Shown: positions 36,526-48,949 of the stretch, piece by piece
Layout of the letters: every line of letters starts with the position of its first letter
How positions within the stretch are numbered: position 1 is the first letter of the stretch
From: Lama glama
Taxonomy: Eukaryota
DNA: 64,000 nucleotides
Reading direction: 5' to 3'
Assembly: GCA_028534125.1 (NCBI GenBank)
Contig: CM052816.1
Location: 85,686,001 to 85,750,000, forward strand
Position numbers and translations under genes: made by a program
The notes under the pieces: model-generated
What the model was told of the DNA's origin: nothing
Database searches by the model: none
Seen by the model: only the letters and a program-made list of their open reading frames with translations

Positions 36526-39345
36526 GATACCTTGATAATAGGACATTTATTAATTCCTATTTGGCAATTGTTGTTCATGGCAAATAAATGCAATGTAGAT
36601 ATCAGTAAAGAACTTAACTTATATACATGATTATCACTGAGAGACTTAGCATTATTTTCATGTGTGTATGCATAATTATTTTCAAGTAGCAGGAAGTATA
36701 AAATTTATCATGTATAATATATAAACCCTAATAATACCTCTGGCCAAGTAATTTCTCCCCACTATAATTTTATTTCAGTATTTATTGAATCAGAGCATTT
36801 GATTCTTCACCAATATTCTAGTCCAATTGTCTAATTCTCTCATTTTTATAAAAATTCTATTGGTGTAGCTGGAGAAGAATTGATCAATGAGCTTACAATG
36901 TGGATAATGAGGATAACATTTCAAAGGTACATTATATTCAGGTTTAGAGAGTACCATAGAGGAGGTGAAGGGATTTGATTCTATTTGATAAAAATCACTC
37001 GTCAGACAGAATCTTTGTAAATTAGTTCAAAACTTAATATATTTGGGGGAGAACAGAGTTAAAAGTGACTTTAAGGAGAATAGTGCTGGAAAGCTCCTCA
37101 TTGAAAAATTTTCAAGAATAGAACAATAGTTAATATTAAATAGAAATACAACAAAACTATATTGCTTTAGGCAACTTCTAATCCACATCAGGAAGACTTC
37201 ATTAAGATGATTTTTTTCAGTTCAACCAGGATGTATCATTTTCTGACTATGACTTTAGTATTAAGCCCTCCAATTTCAAATGGCTATAGTAAAATTTTTC
37301 AGATTTTGAAGTAAACATATTTGTAATGGTGTCAACTATTACAAGTTGCCTTAAGGTGGCTCTTGAAAGGTGTCATCAGAGTCAAAATTATAGAATAAAT
37401 TTTAAAGCAGGCTTAACTGGGATTAGTTTCAAGGAATATAATCCAAACTTTTGATTGTATTAAGGGTTAAGTAAGTGAAGACAAGGAAAATATTAGCATT
37501 TCACAGTACAGACAAATAGATAATAGATGTAGCTACTCTCATCGAGACAGTATTTCCCAAGGACTTACCAAAAAAATTAGTGTTATTTGTGTTATTATTT
37601 CTATTTTTTAATGTTTCAGAGCAACACTTGTAAATAAAATACAGTAAATAGTGCAGATTGACTTCCAAATAAAAGCAATGTTCTTCTGCCTTTTCCCTCT
37701 TTTCCTTCATCCCTGCTGTCATAGACATACTCTAAGTACTTCCGTTGTAATTCTTCTTGTGGGTATCTGCATAATTCTAACTAATATTATTTTAATACTG
37801 TTATTGATTTGTCAAAATTAGACATTATATTTACTATTTTGCCTCCTAACACCCAAAGTCTTATACTTTTTATAGCTTGTGGAAGTCTTGATGTTGTATT
37901 AATTTCATTTATAAATTTAAATTATATACTTAGCATCTTTTTTAGAATTTTTCACAGGTCTAGGGATTCCCCACATTTTAAGATATATTTGCCTCCTATA
38001 TTAACTTCTCATTTACTCATCCCACTTCCCTATCCTAATTGTGGCAAAGGACATATATATTTAGATTGTTACTGTATTTAACATACATTTATATCATGTA
38101 TCCATTGTAAGGTTTTTCTGTGCTTTGCTTATAAAATTTAAAACAACATTTACATTGCAACTACTATATAAGTAGAGCTAATTCCAAAACAAACATGAAT
38201 TATGATTATATTATTTTCATGGATCTAATGCCAAATCCGCTAGGGAAACAAATAAGAACAATCTTTAGCATATGTCTCTATCATTTGTTCAAATTCTGCC
38301 AGCCAGAATTCATTTGCTTCATACAAGGAAGGTTCTTTTAATATTAGTGTTTTTTGGTGGTAGTAATTTGCTCTTACTTTTTCCTTGCTGTTGCTTTTTA
38401 AACCCATTTTCTCTTTAAATCATTTTCTTTTATAATAGCCTCAAATTTTAGCATGCTATCAATCAAAATATCTTTCTTGTTGACAGGGGATTTTTATTTT
38501 TCTTTTTCCCTAAAGACCTCTATGTTGGAATAATCTAATCTGTTCCAACAAGGACTAGTTTCTTAACAGTTTCCTATACAGCTATCCTCGTGTTGATCCT
38601 CTTGTTTCACAAGTTTTAAAGTACTGTTAGCTGGATACCACAATCTCCCATCTCTTGGATTACTCCCATGTTCCTCTGAATTAAATTCTCAAGTAAGTCC
38701 CTAAAAAGAGGTTCACGTGGGAAAACTGTGCTGTGTGCTTACTTGCCTAAAAATGCCTTTTGCTTGTAGACTGATTGACTGTTTGAATGTGCATAATATA
38801 CTTTTAAAGTAACTGCATTCAAATCTTTCAAAGCAATATATCATTTTCTACTATTTGTTTTTGATAACACAAGATATGCTATTCTGTTTGTGTTATACAT
38901 ACATTGCTTTTTGCTCTTTTCTGTTTTATCTGTCTTTGGAGTTACAAGAAAAAAAATTGGTAATTTGTCTAAATCTGAGACATTTTAGACATTTAGACAG
39001 TATTTCTCAGTCTGAAGTCTCATGATGTTATCCTCTCTTTTTAATTCCCTTCTGTTTTTGGTTTTCATGTAGCCAATTATTCCCTCTCACATTCTGCTTG
39101 TGATGTTGGATCTCTTAAATTTCCCTATATATCTCTCATATATTTCTCTTTCTCCATTTCTTCCCTTTTCAGCTTTTTTTAACTTTTCAGTAGAGACTTC
39201 TCTATATTCTAATTCTTCAGTCAATTTTATTTTGGGGTAGAACAATTGTATCTTTTTTTTTGCAATATATATATTTACATTAATTTATGAATATAATATC
39301 TTCTTGACATTCTGAGTATTTTCATTCAGGTATTTACAATTTTTT

Positions 39346-40498
39346 TTCTTTTTTTAACATTTTTTATTGATTTATAATCATTTTACAATGGTGTGTCAAA
39401 TTCCAGTGTTCAGCACAATTTTTCAGTCATTCATGGACATATACACACTCATTGTCACATTTTTTTCTCTGTGAGTTATCATAACATTTTGTGTATNNNN
39501 NNNNNNNNNNNNNNNNNNNNNNNNNNNNNNNNNNNNNNNNNNNNNNNNNNNNNNNNNNNNNNNNNNNNNNNNNNNNNNNNNNNNNNNNNNNNNNNNNNNN
39601 NNNNNNNNNNNNNNNNNNNNNNNNNNNNNNNNNNNNNNNNNNNNNNNNNNNNNNNNNNNNNNNNNNNNNNNNNNNNNNNNNNNNNNNNNNNNNNNNNNNN
39701 NNNNNNNNNNNNNNNNNNNNNNNNNNNNNNNNNNNNNNNNNNNNNNNNNNNNNNNNNNNNNNNNNNNNNNNNNNNNNNNNNNNNNNNNNNNNNNNNNNNN
39801 NNNNNNNNNNNNNNNNNNNNNNNNNNNNNNNNNNNNNNNNNNNNNNNNNNNNNNNNNNNNNNNNNNNNNNNNNNNNNNNNNNNNNNNNNNNNNNNNNNNN
39901 NNNNNNNNNNNNNNNNNNNNNNNNNNNNNNNNNNNNNNNNNNNNNNNNNNNNNNNNNNNNNNNNNNNNNNNNNNNNNNNNNNNNNNNNNNNNNNNNGTGA
40001 CCATTTTAACAATATTTATTCTTCCAATCCAGGAGCATGGACTATCTTTCCATTTTTTAAACTCTCCTTTAATTTCCTTCATCAATGGTTTATAGTTTTC
40101 TGTGTATAATTCTTTCACCTCCTTGGTTAGGTTTATTCCCAGATATTTTATTACTTTGGGTGCTATTTTAAAGGGGATTGTTTCTTTACTTTCTTTTTCT
40201 GTTGATTTATCATTAGTGTAAAGAAATGCAACTGATTTTTGAACATTAATTTTGTAACCTGCTACCTAGCTGAATTCTTCAATCAGCTCTAGTAGCTTTT
40301 GTGTGGACCTTTTAGGGACAAGACAAGGATGCCCACTATCACCACTCCCATTCAACATAGTCCTGGAAGTCCTAGCCACAGCAGTCAGGCAAGAGAAAGA
40401 AATAAAAGGGATCCGAATTGGAAAACAAGAGGTAAAAGTGTCATTATATGCTGATGACATGTTACTATATATAGAAAACCCTAAAAGGTCCACAAAAT
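39346..40498 (-). mobile_element. Young 5'-inverted (twin-primed) L1 spanning an assembly gap
   Basis: Perfect 16-bp TSD gtatttacaatttttt (39330-39345, 40499-40514). Minus-strand 3' UTR and ORF2 run to 40317, followed by a plus-strand RT fragment [21 protein letters not shown]...SLYADDM. Confidence 0.93.
39497..39996. other. Assembly gap (500 N)
   Basis: Run of N. Confidence 1.
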
Positions 40499-41987
40499 GT
40501 ATTTACAATTTTTTAATCTTTAAGGTTTTAAATATTTTTCAATTGCCCACTTTGTGGTCAGTTTATTGTTATTGTTTTTTATTTCAGCTTTTCTCTTTTA
40601 TGCTTAGTTTTCTTGACTGCCTGATCTTACTAAAATCTCAAGGAATTAAAAGTTATGCAACTTTACTTTGCTGCTAAATATTCAAACTAAGAGCTTAAGA
40701 TTTTCTAGATATTTGTTCAATTTATTGCAAGTACTACCATTTCCTCACAAAGGTTTATGCTATGTGCTTCAATAGATGAAATACTGGTGGCTGTATATTG
40801 TCAGGCCATTAATTAACCTAGTTTTTGTTATTCTTGGCTTAGTTATACACTTTACCCTACCTCAGTACTCTGAACTCAGCATAACTGTTTTATCATCATA
40901 CAGATTAATTATTATCTTTTGTTAATGCTATGGGAAAAAATCAAGCCTGCAATGGTTCCACCTCCATATCCTAAAACACAAGCCTATAGATGTTACATTT
41001 TATGGACACTTCTGTAAACTGTAAATAGTTGGGAACTTCTAAGACAACTTCCAAGGGTAGGATGCTCATTTTCTATTTTTCAGCCATACTTAATGTTTAA
41101 AAGAAGACTTTAAGCATCTATACATTTTGAAGTGAAATGTGAGTGCTGTGTGTGTGTGAGTGTGTGTATTTGGTATTTCTGAGAGTTCAGTAAATGCAAG
41201 GAACAACCAACATTTCACCCAATTCTAGTCAGCGACTACTAATTGAGACACATTTGTATTTCTAAATGTATTTCTCTACTTAAATCATCTCTGTAATTCA
41301 CCATTAAATTTATTTCTATTATATAATAAGTATTAAATGCCCAGAGGATGCTGGAAAGAGAGTTTTATCTCCTTAATAGAAGGGAAAATAAACCTTTACA
41401 TTTTCACATCTATACTCAACATAAAAAAAATAGCCACAGGGAGAAGAAAGCAAATTGTTTTTCATTGACCCAAACCTGATCTTCTGTCAGCAATCTCACT
41501 GTGGTTTTCAACAGTGAATTGTTGCCTTCCAGAACATTATCTTTCAAAATATTTCAAACTTTTTTTTAACTTTCACTTCAGAAAAATGTATGACTCAACT
41601 GACAGTAATAAAATAAAATCCTTAAAACGATCAGTGCCTGTTTGATCTTAAGCAAAGATTATATTAGGTGAACAGTGACTTGGTTCACTGGGAGATACAA
41701 TTTATCATTCATCTTGAAAGGTTAAAAAAAGGCATACATAAAAGTGAATGAAGAAATATTTGGTTGGAAGTTCACAACAAAATTCAACTCTTTGCCTTTG
41801 TACTTGCTCTCAAAGAAGTGGTACATTTAAATGTTAGCAGAGTTAAAATCATTATTGGCTTAAACATAAGAGATTTGAATATTTTTTGTCTGCTTGGATC
41901 ACAAGAAAAATTCAAAAAATAATGTATTCTCCAGAATAAGAAAATATTTAAAATTATACATTCTGAATACTTTATTTGGATTTTAAG

Positions 41988-42194
41988 CAGTGGTGTGCTG
42001 GTAAAGGTTTACAAACAGGCTCTTCTTGTAGAGGTGGAGAGAAGCCTTGATGTGTAGTGTTGGTCAGCTTTCATGATGAAAACACTCCATGGCTGATTTC
42101 AACCTGCCTACACGTCCTCAGTGAATGCAAATGGAGAAGAGAAGCTAACGAGAGCATCTGTGAGCAATTGAAAGCTGTCTCCTGCACACGACTG
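41988..42194. mobile_element. MER63A-like hAT-Blackjack MITE
   Basis: TIRs cagtggtgtgctgg / cctgcacacgactg; ~207 bp. Confidence 0.8.
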
Positions 42195-42806
42195 CTCTAA
42201 GGCAACTACGGTAAAATGGAAAATTATTTAAGATTATGTTTAGATCATCTCTTCTCCAGGTAAATAATTAAGTTGTGTTATAGAGCAGTATGTAATGATT
42301 TTAAAAAGTAGGATTGCTACTGCTTAATCATTACTTGGTTGGGCCCCTTCCTTTATAATCACAAGATTAAAAGGTAGGGCTTGTAAGTTTATCATACTTT
42401 TTCTCAGATAAATTATAAGGCCTCCTTCCTCAGTTTTTACCACAAATCTGGGAATGTGATTAGGAGTCAACTCTACAGTCTGATAAATTTCCCAAAATAA
42501 ATGAATGATTTGAATTCTACCTCTGGAGAACACTTTGAAAGATGTATTTATTTAAGTGAAGTATACTGAGAGTTTTTTATTCTCTCAACATTTTGCCTTG
42601 TTTCCAAAAGAATTCAATTTATTATGATCAACATAATAATATAGGTTCTTTAGTATCATTATAGCTGTTTTTGCTAGACAATGTATTTAGGAAGTAAAAT
42701 AAAAATAACCATTTTTGGGGTAAAGGAGAGAAAGGAGACTAGTGTGTCTTAATTTCTACCTCATAGACTTGGAACACTAGTGTTTTTTGCTTTTTTTGTT
42801 TTGGGG

Positions 42807-42844
42807 GGTGTGTGCGTGCGCATGTGTGTGTGTGTGTGCGTGTG
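42807..42844. repeat. (TG)n/(CG) microsatellite
   Basis: Directly visible. Confidence 0.9.
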
Positions 42845-44758
42845 ATGTGTTCAAGTTTATAAAAGTTGATTTAAGAGCTGTGTGGAGAATTCCAGTAATT
42901 TATCAAGTCTATGAAGCCTGATCTCTATCTACTGGTGATCAGATATAAGTTAAAATACTGGATATTGATGTGACAATTGTAAATAGCATGCATAGTAATA
43001 AGACGTCTCAGAGAAAAAGTATTCTCAAAAAGAAGTTGCATTTACAGTTAAAAAAAAAGTTTGAACTGTTAGTCATTAGGCATTAGGCATAATCTGGTGA
43101 AATTCCATTACTCCAAACACCAAGAACCTAAAATCTTATCAGTTTACTGAGAGATAAAAAAGAAGATAACCTAAAAGTGAAGTAGGAGACTTCAGTAACT
43201 GAAGTTTCTCACACACCAGATCTTTTGGTTACTAGAAGGAAATATATAAAAAAAATGGGGGTAATTATAGTCAATGATAATCAGAGTCCTCATGCTTCTT
43301 TAACATAGACTCTGGCCTAGTAACACTTTTGTCTTCTCTCTCTATTCCTCTTAGTCAAATTTTCTCAAAGGAATAGATGTGAAATACTAGGTCCCTGTGG
43401 TGTGCAGTAGGCACTGAGCACACATGGATCCTCCTTTTCTTTGCTTGCAGATCTTACTGCCTTCAGAATAATAGATTTCACTACTTCCGCCTTTATGTGT
43501 AAGCAGATGTAGGTTGATGTCTGGGGCAAAGGCAGCTTTTAGAGTAATATCCAGAAGCTGTTTCTCTCTGTCTCCAACAATGTTGCTAGATGAGTATAAG
43601 TCGGCAAGTTATATTATCTGCTTCATAGAGTTACTCACTTTCTACAGGACACCATTCAAAGGCAATAAGTTACAGTAAATTTAGTAATCTACTTTGTTCA
43701 AAAACCCAAGCTGTGACTTGTATATGTTTTGAATAAGTAAGATACTCTGATATTCATCAATCTGACTCTTTTATAACTGGTTTGATATTTAGGGAAAAAA
43801 GGGGACATTACTTATTGCCCTTTAAAAATTCAGCAATGATTTTGACCAAATATCTTATATTCAGTTACACTGAAGATTTCAATGAGCTCAAAAATAATGG
43901 CCCAAGCTAAATTGCATAGATGGTATCCAATGATGGTATCCACTATTCCCTAACACATTTATTGGCGTAGGTGCAGTTTTCCCAAATGGAGGTCATTTAA
44001 ACACATCTTTCATCCAAGACATTTGTTCAGCCTAATATAACACCACAAAGCACTTCATCATTCAGAAGACAAAATAATCACAGTTAGGATCACCCTCATG
44101 GTCAAACAGAAAGAAGCACCCTGGGCTACCAAACTTAGACTATAGATGTATGGCAAAATTCAGGAACTCTCCAACAGATAAATAATGATCTAACAGCTCT
44201 AAGCACTATAAAATAAATAATACCTTAAATAGTAAGTTGCAACATCAGTGAAAAATCATAAACTCATAGTCTTTTTTTGGGCTAGAGTTTATCACTTGTG
44301 CTATCAAATAATTACAGTAATTCCAAAAATTTCAACCTATACTTCATTTTGATCTACTTAACATTTTACTTGAAAGAACAGCATTCCAACTTTGTGCATA
44401 GGTGACATTGTTAAAAATCAAAAGAGGAAAATCCATAGCACAGTAATTAAAGAACAATCATAAGTAACAAGTATATAGTGACTGATAAATGCACCCATGA
44501 AATAACACACAGAAGTGAGATCAAGTAGCATCTAAAGACTTTAGGATAATTGGTGAATATATCTATGCTTCAAACTTCCATAAATTATTTAAAAATAATT
44601 TTTAAAAGGGAACATTTCAGTATATAACATAAATTATTTATGAAATGCAAACTGAGTGTTATCATTGAACATTTCATGAGTACAGTATTTCATGCCATTT
44701 CTAGAATAAATAATACTGGAGCCTTCTCAGGAAAGTATTGAATGAGAGCTCCCTCTTT

Positions 44759-44832
44759 TTCCTTTTTTAATTAGAGTATAGCTGATTTATAAAATTGTGT
44801 TAGTTTCAGGAGTACTACAAAGTGATTCAGTT

Positions 44833-44908
<76 letters not shown>

Positions 44909-45223
44909 CTTTCTATTACAGGCTATTATAAGATACTGAATATTATTTCCTGTGTAATATAGTAAATTCTTGTTGCTTATCTATTTTACATACAGTAGTA
45001 TGTATATGTTAATCATCTCTTTCCCCTTTGATAATTGTGTTTGTTTTCTATGCCTGAGTCTGTTTCTATTTTGTATATAGATCACTTGTATTATTTTTTA
45101 GATTCCACATATAAACAATGTCATATAATATTTGTCTTTGACTTACTTCACTTAGTATGATATTCTCTAGATCCATCCACATTGCTGCAAATGGCAATAT
45201 TTCATTCTTTTTTTTTACTGCTG
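44759..45223 (-). mobile_element. 5'-truncated L1 3' end containing a (TACA)n(TA)n(GA)n microsatellite
   Basis: Perfect 15-bp TSD gagagctccctcttt (44744-44758, 45224-45238); antisense L1 3' UTR. Confidence 0.93.
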
Positions 45224-46244
45224 GAGAGCTCCCTCTTTACTTGTATTTTTTACATGTTTCACCTAACCTAGACATCTAAATGGAATACCAAAAATAGTGA
45301 CATTCCCTGGAATCTGACCATCCCTGGTATATTACATCCATACTTGAGTACATAATAACAAATATTATGCCCTTAAAACAAATAAACATTGACATTTTTA
45401 TATAGTGGGTAAATGACAATCTCTATGCTTCATTGACTATTAATATTGTATATGCAGAAAGCCAACCCTGGCAGAAATGCAAAGATTCAGGCAATCAGTT
45501 TGGAGTCTTATTTGCACCAAGAGGTGAAAACAAAGGGAGTGGAAGTGTCACTCAACTCCAACTTAAGTGATGGTATGGATGCACAGTGTTTTTATGGTGG
45601 GGATCACATATCTCCACTAAAAGCAGACAGTAGCTTGGAAAGAATATGAATTATTGACAACAAACTGACATTACTAAGCATCATTTCAAGTGCTACCTTT
45701 GTCTTACCTCCTGTAGGATAATTTAGTTTGCCCAGTGGCAGTTTGCCCTACCCTGGTTCTCTGGCTCAGCAAAAGCACTTGACTCTGGCATTGGCAGTTG
45801 ATACTAGCCTTCAATTTCTGTCATTTCTAAATAAGCTTTCATTTCATCACATTCCTTCAGATAAAGTAACAAAAACCTGGTCAGGAAACATCCGTAGGGG
45901 TTCAAACCACCTCAACCCCTCACCCCTCCATACCCCCAACTCCTCTTCTGAACTCCTCCATTTCTTGACCCTATTTTCTTCCTTTTTGTGGCACCACTGC
46001 AAGAGTGGTAACTGCCTCCTGGATTCTTCAGTCTGGGTTACCTACATGTTAAAAGTTTGATAGTATAACCTTCAACACCCATGTTACTAATCCTTACACT
46101 GAATCCCCATTCTTAGAAGACATAATTTGTTATGAATATATGTATACATTTTTGGTTGATGTACAAACTTCATACCTTCAGAAGGACACCAGTGTGTCCT
46201 TTACCCACAACCTTTCCTAAAGTAGTCTAGAATCTTTGCCTTTT

Positions 46245-46486
46245 TTAAAATATATTTTTATTGAAGTATAGTCAGTTTACAATGTTGTGTCAATTTCTAG
46301 TATACAGCACAATACTTCAGTCATAGGAACATACATATATTTGTTTTCATATTCTTTTAACCATCCCAGTGCTATACAGTATAAACTTGTTGTTTATCTA
46401 TTTTTGTATAGTAGTTAATATCTGCAAATCTTGAACTCCCAATTTATTCCTTCCCACCCCTTACCCTCCTGATAACCATAAGTTTA
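46245..46486 (-). mobile_element. Short young L1 3' UTR insertion
   Basis: Antisense 3' UTR 'tttttattgaagtatagtcagtttacaatgttgtg'. TSD agaatctttgcctttt / agaatttctgcctttt. Confidence 0.88.
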
Positions 46487-48115
46487 AGAATTTCTGCCTT
46501 TTAATTTTCTGCTTTAAACATTTTAAAATCTATGAGTATATGAGATTTATCCAAAATTCTGGTCATTTCTTTATAATTTTCTTGAAAAAAATTATTTTAT
46601 CCATGCCAAATATTCATGATTTTATTATTGATATGAACATTTTAAATCATCCAATGAACACACACCCATTTTAATTTCTTGCAAAATATATAGCTTAACA
46701 CACTAAAATTCCCAAGGATTGAGTGAATGTTAAAGTTAATTTCTATGCATGATTTTTATTTTTAGGGATCATTTTTTTAACATTTGATCAAACATATGGA
46801 GTAATCTTAACTCACATGACTAAGTGATTGTTGCAAGTTTATAAATGGGGAGAAAAAGCTTATTTCCAAAAGCCAGTCATGTAAGTTAGTTTTTTTAAAA
46901 ATCTGATTAAAAAGGAAGATATAAAATAAAATGCCATTAGACAATATTACATTTTAATATCTTTGATATTAGAATCCTGAGACAAACTTAAAAATATATA
47001 GGTTGGCAGCTTTTTGTTTATTTTTAAAATGGAATTAACAGGGTATTTTTTCCATGCCATCTTTGAGAAGCTATAGACAAAATAATGTCAGCGTTCATTT
47101 TTATTTGGGATCCATGAATTAGAAAGAAGAAATGGCAAATGGCACCTGAACTATTTATGGCAAAGAACTAAGTGGGAAAAACAAAATATGGTGTCATTCT
47201 TGATCTTAAAGACAATCTGTGTCTATTGACATTTTCAAAAATCCTTTTAAATTTGTTAAAAACTCCTTCTGAAAAATAATTTTAAAATAAAACTATCACT
47301 TCAGATATTGAAAAAATTAAATTGATTTTGAAGCTTAAATAGCATCTATAGCAAATAAAAATAAAATATTAAAGCCTTGCTTTACTTAAACATATAAAAA
47401 TAACTAACATTTAATGAATCCCTACAATGATCCCTACACTCTGTCAGCTCTGATTAACTTCCTTAAATTCTCCGAAACTTTTCTTATTTGCATTTTAGAA
47501 TAAGAATTTCAATAAACACAGTACTCTGAATATAATTGTGCATCACCAGCTTAAACATGCAACATAAAAATAGAAAGTATTTTTCCTTCTTAGCAATTCA
47601 TGTGTAAGTTAGATATTCAGAGATGCAATTTTCATGCAATAACTTTAACACATAATTTGTAATAAACAATTAGTCATCTGTCATAGAGTTGAACTTGCAT
47701 ATATATTAGAAAAAATCTGACATAAAAATGGGTCCTTTGCTAGGTGACTGACATGTGAACAATTCCCAAAGACTCTCACTGAGGGGACAAATTAAGATTC
47801 ATATTTATCCATCCATTAATTCATATCTATACCTCCTACTGAATAGGAGGCTCTCTATTAGCTATTGGGTGAATTTTCAATTATAATCAACTATCTGACC
47901 ACCCACTTTTGTCAGAGGGAACAAGGATACAAATACATGCATGCAAATATACTTACAGGCACACACACACAAATATATATATATATATTTATATGGTATA
48001 TATACATATATACCATAAAATGTGATGACTATTTGTAATAGGGGCATGAGAGGAAACTTGAATCAATACTGAAGGTACCTCATAGCTACAATATGATTTT
48101 TTGATGTTGCTATAC

Positions 48116-48451
48116 CAGCAATAGGCAACCGTTTTCTGTCAAGGGCCAGGGAACAAATATTTTAAGCTCTTCGGGTTATATGGACTCTGTCACAACCATC
48201 CAACCCTGCTATTTAGCACAAAAACAGTCAGAGAGGCAACATGTAACCAAATGAGCATGGCTGTGCTCCAATATACTTCATGTATTGGTACTAAAATTGA
48301 GTTTCATATAATTTTACATGTCACAAAATATTCTACTTTTGATTTGTTTCAACCATTTGAAATATAAAGCCTATTTTGTGCAGCTCATGGGTCATAAAAT
48401 AGCAGACGGCAGGCTGCATTTGGCTCATGTGCAGTCATTAGCTGACCCCTA
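48116..48451 (+). mobile_element. MER58B-like hAT-Charlie MITE
   Basis: 'ggcaaccgttttctgtcaagggccag...gcatggctgtgctccaata...gctgacccct'. Degenerate 8-bp TSD tgctatac / ttctatat. Confidence 0.88.
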
Positions 48452-48609
48452 TTCTATATACCATGACACATGGAGACAAAGAGAATACTTCATTATATAG
48501 GTAAGTATGAAAAGATGAAGAAATTCAGAGAAATCAAATTGCCCACCAGGAAAAATTAAGTGAAAACTACTACAGTAGGTTACAATTTTCCTAGAACACT
48601 ACTTCCATT

Positions 48610-48750
48610 AATACATTTATTTATTCATTGGTCCAATTGAAAAAGTCATACACTTGGCACTATATGCCTGAAACTGTTTTACATGAAAGAGTTAGTCCAA
48701 TAAACAAAATAGATAAAACTCCCTTCTCTCATGGAGCTTACATTACAGTA
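48610..48750 (-). mobile_element. L2 3' end
   Basis: 'catttatttattcatt...aacaaaatagataaaactcccttctctcatggagcttacatt'. Confidence 0.75.
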
Positions 48751-48949
48751 CAGAAAGTTACTTAGTTTATAAACATTTTTTATTACCTAGGTCGTCCTAA
48801 ATAATAGATTAGGTGAGAGAAATGGTGTAGAATGAACATAACGCATGCATTGAAAACACAATCCACTGAATTTCTTTCGTTCTTTCTCTTGTCAGAAAGG
48901 TTATTTTTTTCAACCTTAGACAGTAAGTGTAAAATACAGAAAATATCCC

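Larger units (their letters stand above)
37570..41050 (-). mobile_element. Ancient L1 remnant (ORF1/5' region), split by a young L1 at 39346-40498
   Basis: T-rich antisense L1-like sequence (e.g. 38740-39240) continues on both sides of the TSD-flanked insert. Boundaries approximate. Confidence 0.45.

Noticed and set aside
37501..37728. ORF with a phase-1 donor (G|gtaagt ~37568) as a first exon for the candidate cytokine gene
   Set aside because: It has no signal-peptide character and lies at the edge of old L1-like sequence.
39393..40118. Four long ORFs of 169-238 aa
   Set aside because: They are artefacts of translating through 500 Ns.
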